Source of the DNA: Candidatus Poribacteria bacterium
Lineage (GTDB): Bacteria; Poribacteria; WGA-4E; PCPOR2b
Direction of reading: 5' to 3'
Length of the DNA: 64,000 nt
NCBI GenBank assembly: GCA_965208675.1
Contig: OZ242351.1
Span: forward strand, 4,672,001-4,736,000
The translations under genes were made by a program, and so were the position numbers. The notes below the pieces were generated by a model. It had not been told where the DNA came from, ran no database searches, and saw nothing but the letters and a program-made list of their open reading frames with translations. This document shows positions 31,780 through 40,741 of the stretch, in pieces; positions within the stretch are counted from its first letter, which is position 1, and every line of letters starts with the position of its first letter.

Positions 31780-33540
31780 TCATACGCTTGCCGGCTCATC
31801 TTGTCGACTACTGCTTATACCGCCTTCCCGGCTGTTTAGTGCATACCCCAATTGCATTGCCAGCGGCGGAATGAGCGATGCCCGTTCTACGCAATCCGGG
31901 TCGGCGAATGCGGCGACGGGAGATCCATCAAAGATTAATTCACCGTGGTCAAGCAGCAGCACTCGATTAGCGTATTTTAGCGTGAGATGAGCATCGTGGG
32001 TCGAGAATATTACGGTTCTGTTCATCTTTGCCATTGCGTCATTCAGCACACTCATGAGTTTTTGCAGATGATAGCGATCCTGACCGGTTGTAGGCTCGTC
32101 GAGAAGGAGGAGTTGCGGATGGAGCGAAAATACGGCAGCGACCGCCGTGCGTTGACGCTGACCTTGCGAGAGTGCATACGGCGTTTCCGAACTAAAATTC
32201 GTGAGATTGAACATCTGCAGCGTGTTCTCCAGTCGATCTACGACCGTTTGAGAGGTTAGCTTCAGATTTTTCGGTCCGAAGGCGACCTCATCGGACACCG
32301 TCGCGGCTTGCAGGAGCAGGTCCGGATTTTGAAAAGCTAATCCCGCCAACCCTGCAAGCTGATGAGGTTTGTAACGCACAGCATTTCGTCCGTCGAGAAT
32401 CACACTCCCTTCGGACGGAGTCAAAAGCCCAATCATGAGCATGAGCAAGGTTGTTTTACCGCATCCATTTTCCCCCATAATTGCTATGGTTTCACCGCGA
32501 CCGACTTGAAAAGAGATTCGCATCAGTACGTCCGGCGATGCCCGGTGATAACGAAACGTAAGATTTTTTACGTCAATCAGCGGATTGCCATCGAAATTAG
32601 ACCTGCGTCCAGTTGGGTACTCGTCTGGTATATTTGAGCACGGTCCATTTCGCATTTCGTCCGCCGCTGCCCGCTTTTCAACCTCCGTGGTGGGCGTCGG
32701 CGGCATTCCAACCGTATCGCTGCGAAAACAGCGCAGGGCATCTTCAAGCGTTAGCGGCCGATCATCGAGCCCGCGCTCCTCCGCGATCTGTGCGAGTGCA
32801 GGCGCAGGAATCCCCAGTTGCCGAAACCGATCCAGTCGCTGGAAAGCTCGGTCTCTTGGCAGATCAGACACAATTTCGCCACTATGCATCAACCAAACGC
32901 GATTGCACAACGGGGCAACTTCATCGACCTGATGCCCAGCGATAATCACGGTGGTGCCTGCGGATTCGTTAAGTTGGCGGAGGAGTTCGAGCAGCTTGGA
33001 CGCTCCCTTTGAATCCAGATAACTGGTTGGCTCATCGAGCAGAAGAATCCGCGGCTGCATGGTTAACAGACTGGCAAGGGCGATCCGCTGTTTTTGTCCG
33101 CTGGAAAGTGAAGCGATTGCACATTCCCGGAATCCGGATAGTCCAACCTGCGATAGAGCGGTGTCAATTCGCCGATTTACCTCATTCGGCGGCACGGCGA
33201 GGTTTTCCAACCCAAATGCGACTTCATCTTCTACAACGACGGAAAAAAGTTGATCTTCGGGATTTTGGAATAAAAACCCAACCTGTTTTGACGTGACGTT
33301 CAGCGGCTGTTCAGCGACGTTTGCCTCGTTGATGAGTACGCGGCCGGAAATCGACCCGCCCGACGTGTGAGGAATTAAGCCGTTTATGGTTCGCAGCAGC
33401 GTAGACTTACCGCACCCCGTGGGGCCTAACAACAGAACGAACTCTCCAGAATTGACGCGTGCATTGATATTCCGCAGTGTCGGTTCGCTGCGACCCGGGT
33501 AGGTAAAACTGAGAGATTCGATCGCAATATTTTGTGACAT
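31780..33540 (-). CDS. ECF transporter double ATPase (EcfA-EcfA' fusion)
   Basis: Two ABC domains: GPTGCGKST/LSSGQKQR/LLLDEP and GENGCGKTT/LSQGQRQR/LLLDEP; FQNPEDQL. Confidence 0.93.
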   Translation of the reverse strand: MSQNIAIESLSFTYPGRSEPTLRNINARVNSGEFVLLLGPTGCGKSTLLRTINGLIPHTSGGSISGRVLINEANVAEQPLNVTSKQVGFLFQNPEDQLFSVVVEDEVAFGLENLAVPPNEVNRRIDTALSQVGLSGFRECAIASLSSGQKQRIALASLLTMQPRILLLDEPTSYLDSKGASKLLELLRQLNESAGTTVIIAGHQVDEVAPLCNRVWLMHSGEIVSDLPRDRAFQRLDRFRQLGIPAPALAQIAEERGLDDRPLTLEDALRCFRSDTVGMPPTPTTEVEKRAAADEMRNGPCSNIPDEYPTGRRSNFDGNPLIDVKNLTFRYHRASPDVLMRISFQVGRGETIAIMGENGCGKTTLLMLMIGLLTPSEGSVILDGRNAVRYKPHQLAGLAGLAFQNPDLLLQAATVSDEVAFGPKNLKLTSQTVVDRLENTLQMFNLTNFSSETPYALSQGQRQRTAVAAVFSLHPQLLLLDEPTTGQDRYHLQKLMSVLNDAMAKMNRTVIFSTHDAHLTLKYANRVLLLDHGELIFDGSPVAAFADPDCVERASLIPPLAMQLGYALNSREGGISSSRQDEPASV

Positions 33541-33704
33541 TAACGGCTCGAAAAGGTGATACCCTGAGTGCCTGGCGCTATACGATCGGAGAGGGATTTA
33601 TGCCTTTTTGATATGATAATTGATAATCTGACATCGGGGGTATGTAAACCGCGGCCTGGATAAACGATGGTATTAGGGCATGGATGTCCAAGGGGGATGG
33701 TACA

Positions 33705-35702
33705 TTAGGCCTTTATTGCGATCGGTACTCCAACCTGGTCCAAATGCGATTTCACAGACAGTTTGAAGGTTTCAAGCGTGTCTTCTAAATGGTCTCTGAA
33801 ATCGTGGTGTACGCGGTCATATTGCGCCTCTACCCGTGCGAGCAGTTCCTGTGTACGGGCTCCGATTGTCTCGATTCGATTGCTTTGTGTTTTCGCAAAT
33901 CGAGAAACGGTTTCCTTAAACACGCGCATTTCAGCGTCAAGATACTGCCTGAAAACCGATGTTTGGAAGGAAACAAGCGTGTCATGAACGCTGTGTCTGA
34001 AATCGTGGTGAATCTGCTCATACTGAACCTGTACACGCGCAAAAAGCGCTTGTGCATAGGTGCCAACGGCTGCGATTCGGTCGCCTTGGGTTCTGCGCGA
34101 CACCGTTTCTTTGAAGGCTTCAGATTCGGATTCGAGGGACTGTTTGAAGTTGTCGACCGCAACTGTTTGACTCGTTATCTTCTCGAAATGATACCCATGA
34201 ATTGCCAGCGTAACCGCGGGTACAAACATTTTCGGGTGATCTGCAATCACTTTCATCAGATACCGGAAATACGCAGGGCCCTGTTTTGAAAAGAGCTGCC
34301 TCTTTATAGACTTGACTAAAGCCAACAACTCTTTTAAACCGAGGCTGCGGGTACCGTGTTGCACCGGTTTTAGGTGCTTGAACATTGATAGGCACCGCTC
34401 AAAATAGTTCTTCAGCGTCGGATCATAGAGCGTTGAAAGTACGCGCTTGTATCCATCAATGAGTACCTGCCGATCCATCTCCGTCTTAAAATTCAAGCTG
34501 TCGAGACCGACATTGTTGCCATCAGACTCTCCCAACAGCCTGCCTTCTTTCTGTAAGCGGAAGAAGAGGTCTGTGTTTTTCAGGACAGTTAAAAGCCCGA
34601 CCATTGCCCGCGGGATACCGACAGTTTGGATGAAGTCAATTTGTGTATCAAATGCGTCTTCGGTATCGTCGTCCAATCCCAAGATAAATCCAGCCATCAC
34701 TTCCATGCCTTTTTCCTGAATACTCCGAACCGCTTTTACCAGATAGTTATCTTCGCCTTTTTTCGTGTTCTGTTTCTTCTTCATCTTTACTAACGCATCA
34801 GGATTAGGCGTTTCAATTCCTAAAAACACCTCACTCAGTCCGGCTGCAACCATGGCATCCATTAGCGGTTCCATGTCGGCGAGGTTCACGCTCGCCTCGG
34901 TGTACAGGTCGAACGGATAGTCTCTGTCGTTTTGCCACTTAGTAACTTCCGGCAATAGGCGCATGGCGTCCCGTTTATTTCCGATGAAGTTATCATCGAC
35001 GAGGAAGAGCGATCCGCGCCAACCGAGATCGTGCAACAATTGAAACTCACTTAACATCTGTTCATTGGACTTGGTGCGGGGTACGCGCCCGAACAGCTTG
35101 GTGATATCGCAAAACTCGCAGTCGAACGGGCAACCTCGAGAGAACTGAAGCGCCATGGAACCGTAATTTTGAAGATTGATTAGATCGAACCGCGGTATTG
35201 GGGTCTGCGTTACATCGGGTTTTCTCGTCTCTGCATACACCTCTTTGGCGACACCGCTCTTGAGATCGGTGAGAAAATCGCCAAAGACCTCCTCGACCTC
35301 TCCATAAAGAAAGTGGTTGACCGTTCCATCAGCTTCCTCTTTGATATTGTCGTGATAAGAGGTCGGATGCGGACCGCCAGCGATAATGGGTACGTCTGCA
35401 CGGTTGCATCGCCGCACAACGTCGTATAGCGACTCTTTCTGAACAATCATTGTGGAGGTTAAGACGAGATCAGCCCACTTGAGATCTGCGTCCGATAAAG
35501 TATCCACATTCATGTCAACTACTTTGAGGTGGTAATCTTTTGGGAACAAACCTGCAACCGTTAGCAAGCCAAGCGGCGGCATTGAGGCTTTTTTTCCAAT
35601 AAACTCTAAGGCGAATTGATAACCCCAGTAGGATGGGGGAAATTCTGGGTAAACTAACAACGCATTCGGCACAATATTCCTCCAACTAATCATTTGCAGC
35701 AA
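33705..35702 (-). CDS. B12-binding radical SAM protein (DUF4070-type)
   Basis: PPLGLLTVA, GGPHPT, SRGCPFDCEFC (CxxxCxxC), VDDNFIGN, GFILGLD. Confidence 0.93.
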   Translation of the reverse strand: MLQMISWRNIVPNALLVYPEFPPSYWGYQFALEFIGKKASMPPLGLLTVAGLFPKDYHLKVVDMNVDTLSDADLKWADLVLTSTMIVQKESLYDVVRRCNRADVPIIAGGPHPTSYHDNIKEEADGTVNHFLYGEVEEVFGDFLTDLKSGVAKEVYAETRKPDVTQTPIPRFDLINLQNYGSMALQFSRGCPFDCEFCDITKLFGRVPRTKSNEQMLSEFQLLHDLGWRGSLFLVDDNFIGNKRDAMRLLPEVTKWQNDRDYPFDLYTEASVNLADMEPLMDAMVAAGLSEVFLGIETPNPDALVKMKKKQNTKKGEDNYLVKAVRSIQEKGMEVMAGFILGLDDDTEDAFDTQIDFIQTVGIPRAMVGLLTVLKNTDLFFRLQKEGRLLGESDGNNVGLDSLNFKTEMDRQVLIDGYKRVLSTLYDPTLKNYFERCLSMFKHLKPVQHGTRSLGLKELLALVKSIKRQLFSKQGPAYFRYLMKVIADHPKMFVPAVTLAIHGYHFEKITSQTVAVDNFKQSLESESEAFKETVSRRTQGDRIAAVGTYAQALFARVQVQYEQIHHDFRHSVHDTLVSFQTSVFRQYLDAEMRVFKETVSRFAKTQSNRIETIGARTQELLARVEAQYDRVHHDFRDHLEDTLETFKLSVKSHLDQVGVPIAIKA

Positions 35703-35897
35703 TGTGGTGAGAGGGATTATATCACAACTTTATGAATAATCTCAACCTTTTTCTTGCGGGTGTTCATCCGAAGTGTTAGAATTACCGCGCAACCTCACCG
35801 TATGGCACACCCAACCGTAGATGGAAACGAAGACTCGAAGACCGCGAAGAACCCCTAAACAACGACAAACCTCGACTTCATTAGCACGCGAAACCCA

Positions 35898-37808
35898 ATG
35901 CAGACAAAAATGCGCCGGCGCATGACAATCCATTTCAATACAGAAACCGAGTTTTTGCCAAAAACTCGGTTTCTATTCGCGCTTATCCTCATTTTATCGC
36001 TTTTGACCATCCCACTTATCGCGCTCAGCGATGCGGATGATACAGCTATCCCCACTCCAATCGATCCCGATCTGACGTACCTGATTCGGCAAATTACGTT
36101 TGAAGGCAACGACTTTCTCAATCGCAAAGCGTTGGCGCAGCACATCGGTGTTGGCGCCGGACAACCATATGACAAAGGAGAGATTCTTGAGGGACTAAAC
36201 CGCATTACGGAAGAATACAGAAAAAACGGGTTTATCTCCGTGGTGCTTCGCCCGGAGGTTACTGTGATTTCGGCCGATCAGGTGCGTGTCCGCGTTCACA
36301 TTGACGAAGGAAAGCGAGTTCTGACGGGTAAAATTACGATTGACGGCGTCCAACTGTTTTCTGTACGCGAACTGAGGCGAGAACTTCGTCTGCGTAAAGG
36401 CGCACCGTTTAGCCACACGGCGCTAGAGCGCGGAATTGCGCGCATTCTCGCCCTGTACAGCGAACGCGGTTATCCGAAAGTAGAGATTCAACCGGTCGAT
36501 TTTCGACTATCGCCCGAAAAGGATTTGGTCGATTTTCACCTCCAAATCGATGAAGGCAATCTGACCCGCATTGGCGGGGTGAAATTGACCGGTTTGAAGA
36601 AAACAAAAGCAGATGTCGTCTCCCGCGAGTTGCCGATTCAATCCGGCGACGTGTTTAATCAGCGCAAAATCGATCAGAGTTTTCACCGGCTGGTAAATCT
36701 CGGCTACTTTTATGAGGTGAATCCTAATGTGCTGGAGCCGGGGAACGCGCCGGACGAGGTCATATTTAACGCACTGGTCACAGAAGCGCGGACAGGCAGA
36801 TTTAGCGGAGTGATTGGTTACGCCCCGCCGACCTCCGGCCTTGAAAACGCCCCCCAACTCACCGGAGTGATTGAAGCCAGCGAATCAAATCTGCTCGGCA
36901 CGGGCCGGCAGGCAAACTTTTTTTGGAAATCCGGTTTGATTTCGACGCTGCAGGTCGGGTATGAAGAACCTTGGCCCTTCGGTAAACCGCTCAAAATCGG
37001 CGTCGAATACAGCCGGTTGACGCAGCGGAACCAATTTACGGACGCAGAATCTAAAGAACAATCCACCCGCTTCATCGTGGGGACGCGCTTTCGCAGTTTA
37101 TTTGAAGGGTCTCTGGCGCTCTCGTACAAACGGATTGAACTGCCAACCATTGCCGCACCCTTCACTTCTTTGGACGCAACCGATCCATTTCTTCGAGGGG
37201 GTTCGCAGCGCCAGCCGCGTGACATCTCGGATTCAGATGGGGCGGGCGCGTTTATCGGTGAGAACGGCGTAAAGTACGGGATAACTTTGAGCCTGGCGCG
37301 CGACAGCAGGGATTACTTTCTGAATCCGACCCGCGGCCGCCGCGATCACATCGCTTTTGAATTTGCGCGCGGCGATTTCAAGCTTCGCAAATTGTGGTTA
37401 GATTTTCAACAGTATTTTCCGACGTGGCGGAAGCAGGTCATCGCTATCGGCGTGCACGGGGCGGCGGCGTGGGGGGCGAATATCCCGCCGACAGAACTTT
37501 TCTATTTGGGCGGCGCAAACACGCTGCGGGGTTACGATGAGGATTGGTTCTCCGGTCCTCGACGCGTACACGGTAATATCGAGTATCGATTTCTGACCGG
37601 GCGAACCTCGCAAATCTTCGCGTTTGTTGATCTCGGATCGGTGACGGCAATCGACCAGCCGTCGCGGCTGGACCCGCTTCGCGTCGGCTACGGTTTCGGC
37701 ATGCGGCTCGAATCAAAAGGCGGCGCACTGCGTATGGACTACGGACTGGCTGAGGGAAGTTCGGCGCTGCAAGGGAAGATTCATGTGAACCTGGGAACCA
37801 CTTTCTAA
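35898..37808 (+). CDS. Omp85/BamA-TamA family outer membrane protein
   Basis: About 3 POTRA domains, NLLGTG, FYLGGANTLRGY, terminal Phe; true start may be slightly downstream. Confidence 0.92.
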   Translation: MQTKMRRRMTIHFNTETEFLPKTRFLFALILILSLLTIPLIALSDADDTAIPTPIDPDLTYLIRQITFEGNDFLNRKALAQHIGVGAGQPYDKGEILEGLNRITEEYRKNGFISVVLRPEVTVISADQVRVRVHIDEGKRVLTGKITIDGVQLFSVRELRRELRLRKGAPFSHTALERGIARILALYSERGYPKVEIQPVDFRLSPEKDLVDFHLQIDEGNLTRIGGVKLTGLKKTKADVVSRELPIQSGDVFNQRKIDQSFHRLVNLGYFYEVNPNVLEPGNAPDEVIFNALVTEARTGRFSGVIGYAPPTSGLENAPQLTGVIEASESNLLGTGRQANFFWKSGLISTLQVGYEEPWPFGKPLKIGVEYSRLTQRNQFTDAESKEQSTRFIVGTRFRSLFEGSLALSYKRIELPTIAAPFTSLDATDPFLRGGSQRQPRDISDSDGAGAFIGENGVKYGITLSLARDSRDYFLNPTRGRRDHIAFEFARGDFKLRKLWLDFQQYFPTWRKQVIAIGVHGAAAWGANIPPTELFYLGGANTLRGYDEDWFSGPRRVHGNIEYRFLTGRTSQIFAFVDLGSVTAIDQPSRLDPLRVGYGFGMRLESKGGALRMDYGLAEGSSALQGKIHVNLGTTF

Positions 37809-37863
37809 GTTCTAAGTGCCGGCGGACGCACGAAATGGTTCCCGTAAAAATCCCAATTATTCT

Positions 37864-38772
37864 TCAACGCGCAACGCGAAATCCGATAATGAACTCGGTG
37901 TAGTCGGGGCTGAAATAGTCGAAACTGGTGCAGGTACTTGCGTCGTGGTTGTAGTACCAGGCACCGCCGCACACGACTCGAAATTGCGGGTCTTGCTCGT
38001 CGTACCAAGTGTTCGTCCATTCCCAGACGTTGCCGGTCATATCATAGCACCCTACGGGGCTAACACCGCCGGGGAACGCGCCAACAGGCGTTGTGCCGCC
38101 TGCACCGAGCTCCGCGGTGTTACAACGCGGCTTATCAATCTCGTTTCCCCACGGAAAGCGGCGCCCGTCGTCTCCGCGTGCGGCTCGTGTCCACTCCTCG
38201 AACGTCAGCAACCGACAGCCATTCCATTCGGCATAAGCCGCCGCATCGTCTGAATTTACCCAGACTACCGGATGATCGCCCTTCTTCTCCGGATAGGCAT
38301 CACCTTCCCACGATTGCGGCGAGGGATGTCCAGTGTCCCGAATAAACCGCTGGTATTGGGCGTTCGTGACGGGGTAACGGCCAATCTGAAATGCCTCCAC
38401 CCGTAACGGCGTCAATTCATCGCCGATGAGGACACATCCGGCGGGTACCTCGGCGATTGCGTCCAACACTTGAAGCGCCGATTGGCGTATAAGTTCGTCA
38501 CTCGAATCGAGCGCTATTCCCAACGGCGAAATAACCTCTCCGACGGGCGGGGTTGTGAGTTCCCGGTTTTTATCCCAGCCCAAATCCGCCGCCAAAAGCG
38601 TCCGAACCGCGTTGGACTGTGACGCATCAAAATGCCACTGCCAATACCGCTTAATGAGGAGGTCCAATGCCGCCGGATTGTCACATTCAGCGAGCGTTTT
38701 TCTGTGCTGATCGAAGTCATCCTGTATAGCGCCGTCCGGCAATTTGAGTTTTATTAGTGTGTCATCCGCCAA
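37864..38772 (-). CDS. FGE-sulfatase (SUMF1) domain protein
   Basis: YPVTNAQY..F, DHPVV.V, RRFPWG, GCYDMTGNVWEW, IGFRVA. Confidence 0.92.
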   Translation of the reverse strand: MADDTLIKLKLPDGAIQDDFDQHRKTLAECDNPAALDLLIKRYWQWHFDASQSNAVRTLLAADLGWDKNRELTTPPVGEVISPLGIALDSSDELIRQSALQVLDAIAEVPAGCVLIGDELTPLRVEAFQIGRYPVTNAQYQRFIRDTGHPSPQSWEGDAYPEKKGDHPVVWVNSDDAAAYAEWNGCRLLTFEEWTRAARGDDGRRFPWGNEIDKPRCNTAELGAGGTTPVGAFPGGVSPVGCYDMTGNVWEWTNTWYDEQDPQFRVVCGGAWYYNHDASTCTSFDYFSPDYTEFIIGFRVAR

Positions 38773-38984
38773 AATTGGTTAACCTTTCGAAGAATACTCA
38801 TGATCCAACCGTCAAGCGTTTTGACCTCCCCTAACCCCTCCTTGGTAAGGAGGGGGATAATGTTATAATTACCCCCAAAAACTAGACAGTGTCTTAAGGT
38901 GGAATTGTTGCTGTCAAAACGGCCATGTTATGAGCCATAATAAGGCTCAGCAATGCCAAGAATTGCGAAAGGAGTTTGTTTAAC

Positions 38985-39272
38985 ATGGCTCGTAGAAAAC
39001 AGTACGATAATCGATTCAAAGCGCAGGTGGCGATTGAAGCCATTAAAAATGAACGCACCATGGCGCAGATTGCCAGTGACTACGAAGTCCACCCGAATCA
39101 GGTCAGGCAGTGGAAAAGACAGATTCTGGAACAATCACCCCAGCTATTTGCGAACGGACACACGCAATCAACTTCCGACAACGACCGCCTTATAGCTGAA
39201 CTCTACCGGCAAATCGGTCAGTTGAAGGTAGAACTAGACTGGCTTCAAAAAAAAACTCGAATGCTCCATTAG
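38985..39272 (+). CDS. IS3 transposase OrfA
   Basis: FKAQVAIEAIK...LYRQIGQLKVELDWLQKK; AAGGAG RBS; A9 run at 39247-39255. Confidence 0.93.
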   Translation: MARRKQYDNRFKAQVAIEAIKNERTMAQIASDYEVHPNQVRQWKRQILEQSPQLFANGHTQSTSDNDRLIAELYRQIGQLKVELDWLQKKTRMLH

Positions 39273-39343
39273 CACAGAAGCGGCGGCTTGTCAAGCAAGA
39301 GCGCGGTGCTCCATCGGTTTCGAGACAGTGCGAACTGTTAGGG

Positions 39344-40099
39344 TTGCCGCGCGCTTCGTATTATTATCAACCCGCAGCGGAAGAATCGCCGGAAAACCTG
39401 CTTTATATGCGTCTGATTGATGAACAGTACATTAAAACGCCGTGCTACGGTGTCCCTCGAATGACGGACTGGCTATGTGATAATGGCCACGCTGTCAACC
39501 GGAAACGGATTGCTCGGTTGATGCGAAAGATGGACTTAGTTGCCATCTATCCCAAGCCCCGTCTCTCCAAGCACGGCAGGCCGTCGAAAAAGTATGCTTA
39601 TCTACTGAAGGATTCAATTATCACTCGACCGGACCAGGTATGGGCAACTGATATCACCTATATCCGTTTGAACACCGGCTTTGTGTATCTAGTGGCGATT
39701 ATGGATTGGTACTCTCGATATGTGTTATCATGGGAATTGTCAAATACACTAGACGTTTACTTTTGTCTATCGGCACTGGAACGGGCATTGAGTTGTTCTA
39801 GCCCTTTGATATTCAATAGCGACCAGGGCGCGCAGTTCACGTCAGATGCCTTTACGACTCGGCTTGAATCGGCTAACATTGCCATCAGTTGGACTGGTGC
39901 TGGCAGCGTGTTTGACAACATTTTAATTGAGCGGCTCTGGCGGACCGTCAAGTATGAACATGTGTATCTTCACGCTTATGACTCAGTTCACGCGGTTTGG
40001 TGTGGCTTGAACAACTATTTCAAGTTTTATAATGAGGAGCGGCTTCATACGTCGCTCAATACTAGAACACCTCATGAGGTGTATTTTCAAAAATCCTAG
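39344..40099 (+). CDS. IS3 transposase OrfB (DDE)
   Basis: WATDITY, NSDQGAQFTS, IERLWRTVKYE; frame open back to the A9 run, -1 relative to orfA. Confidence 0.95.
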   Translation: MPRASYYYQPAAEESPENLLYMRLIDEQYIKTPCYGVPRMTDWLCDNGHAVNRKRIARLMRKMDLVAIYPKPRLSKHGRPSKKYAYLLKDSIITRPDQVWATDITYIRLNTGFVYLVAIMDWYSRYVLSWELSNTLDVYFCLSALERALSCSSPLIFNSDQGAQFTSDAFTTRLESANIAISWTGAGSVFDNILIERLWRTVKYEHVYLHAYDSVHAVWCGLNNYFKFYNEERLHTSLNTRTPHEVYFQKS

Positions 40100-40179
40100 G
40101 TGTTGAAGCATAGCCGGATTGTCTAGCAATTACACCTTAATAGACGAGCATTACTGTCTAAACATTGGGGGTAAGTAAA

Positions 40180-40626
40180 TGTTTCCGTCCCCTTGCTAAG
40201 GGGAAGATAGAGGGGGTTGGTAGCGTATCGTTGAGAACAAGGAAGACTATCGCCTTCGCTATTCGCTCAGTTGATCCTTCCTTGTTCGGTCGGTTGATCC
40301 TTCGCTATTCGCTCAATTGATCCTTCCTTGTTAAGGAGGGGGATAATGTTTCCGTCCCTTTACTAGGGGGAAGATAGAGGGGGTTGGTAGCGTATCGTTG
40401 GGTATGGTGAAAACTATCGTCCTCCCTATTCGGTCGGTTGATCCTTCGCTATTCGCTCAGTTGATCCCTCCTTGTTAAGGAGGGGAATAATGTTTCCGTC
40501 CCCTTGCTAAGGGGAAGATCGAGGGGGTTGGCGGCGAATCATTGGGAATAAGGAAGACTATCGCCCTCCCTGTTCGGTCGGTTGATCCTTCGCTATTCGC
40601 TCAATTGATCTCCCTTGGCAGGGGGA
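40180..40626. repeat. three tandem ~145-165-bp composite REP units
   Basis: Each unit reads TGTTTCCGTCCCCTT.CTAAGGGGAAGAT.GAGGGGGTTGG...ACTATCG..TTCG..CAGTTGATCC..CCTTG.TAAGGAGGGG; starts near 40180, 40347, 40491. Confidence 0.9.
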
Positions 40627-40741
40627 GAATCTGGCAAATCCATACCGACGGAGTCATAACGCCTCTTTTCAACGATGTTGGTATTTAGTCGGGAGAAACC
40701 GAGTTTTTTGGAAAAACTCGGTTTCTTTGTGTGCCAACGAT

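Larger units (their letters stand above)
38864..40179 (+). mobile_element. complete IS3-family element (1316 bp) with 3-bp TGT target duplication
   Basis: IRL TATAATTACCCCCAAAAACTAGACAG, IRR CTGTCTAAACATTGGGGGTAAGTAAA; removing it restores GGATAATGTTTCCGTCCC as seen at ~40341. Confidence 0.95.

Noticed and set aside
33541-33704. Vitamin riboswitch upstream of the ECF transporter
   Set aside because: No TPP, cobalamin or FMN consensus recognised.
40180-40626. Tandem repeats as CRISPR
   Set aside because: The segments between motifs are themselves repeated rather than unique spacers.
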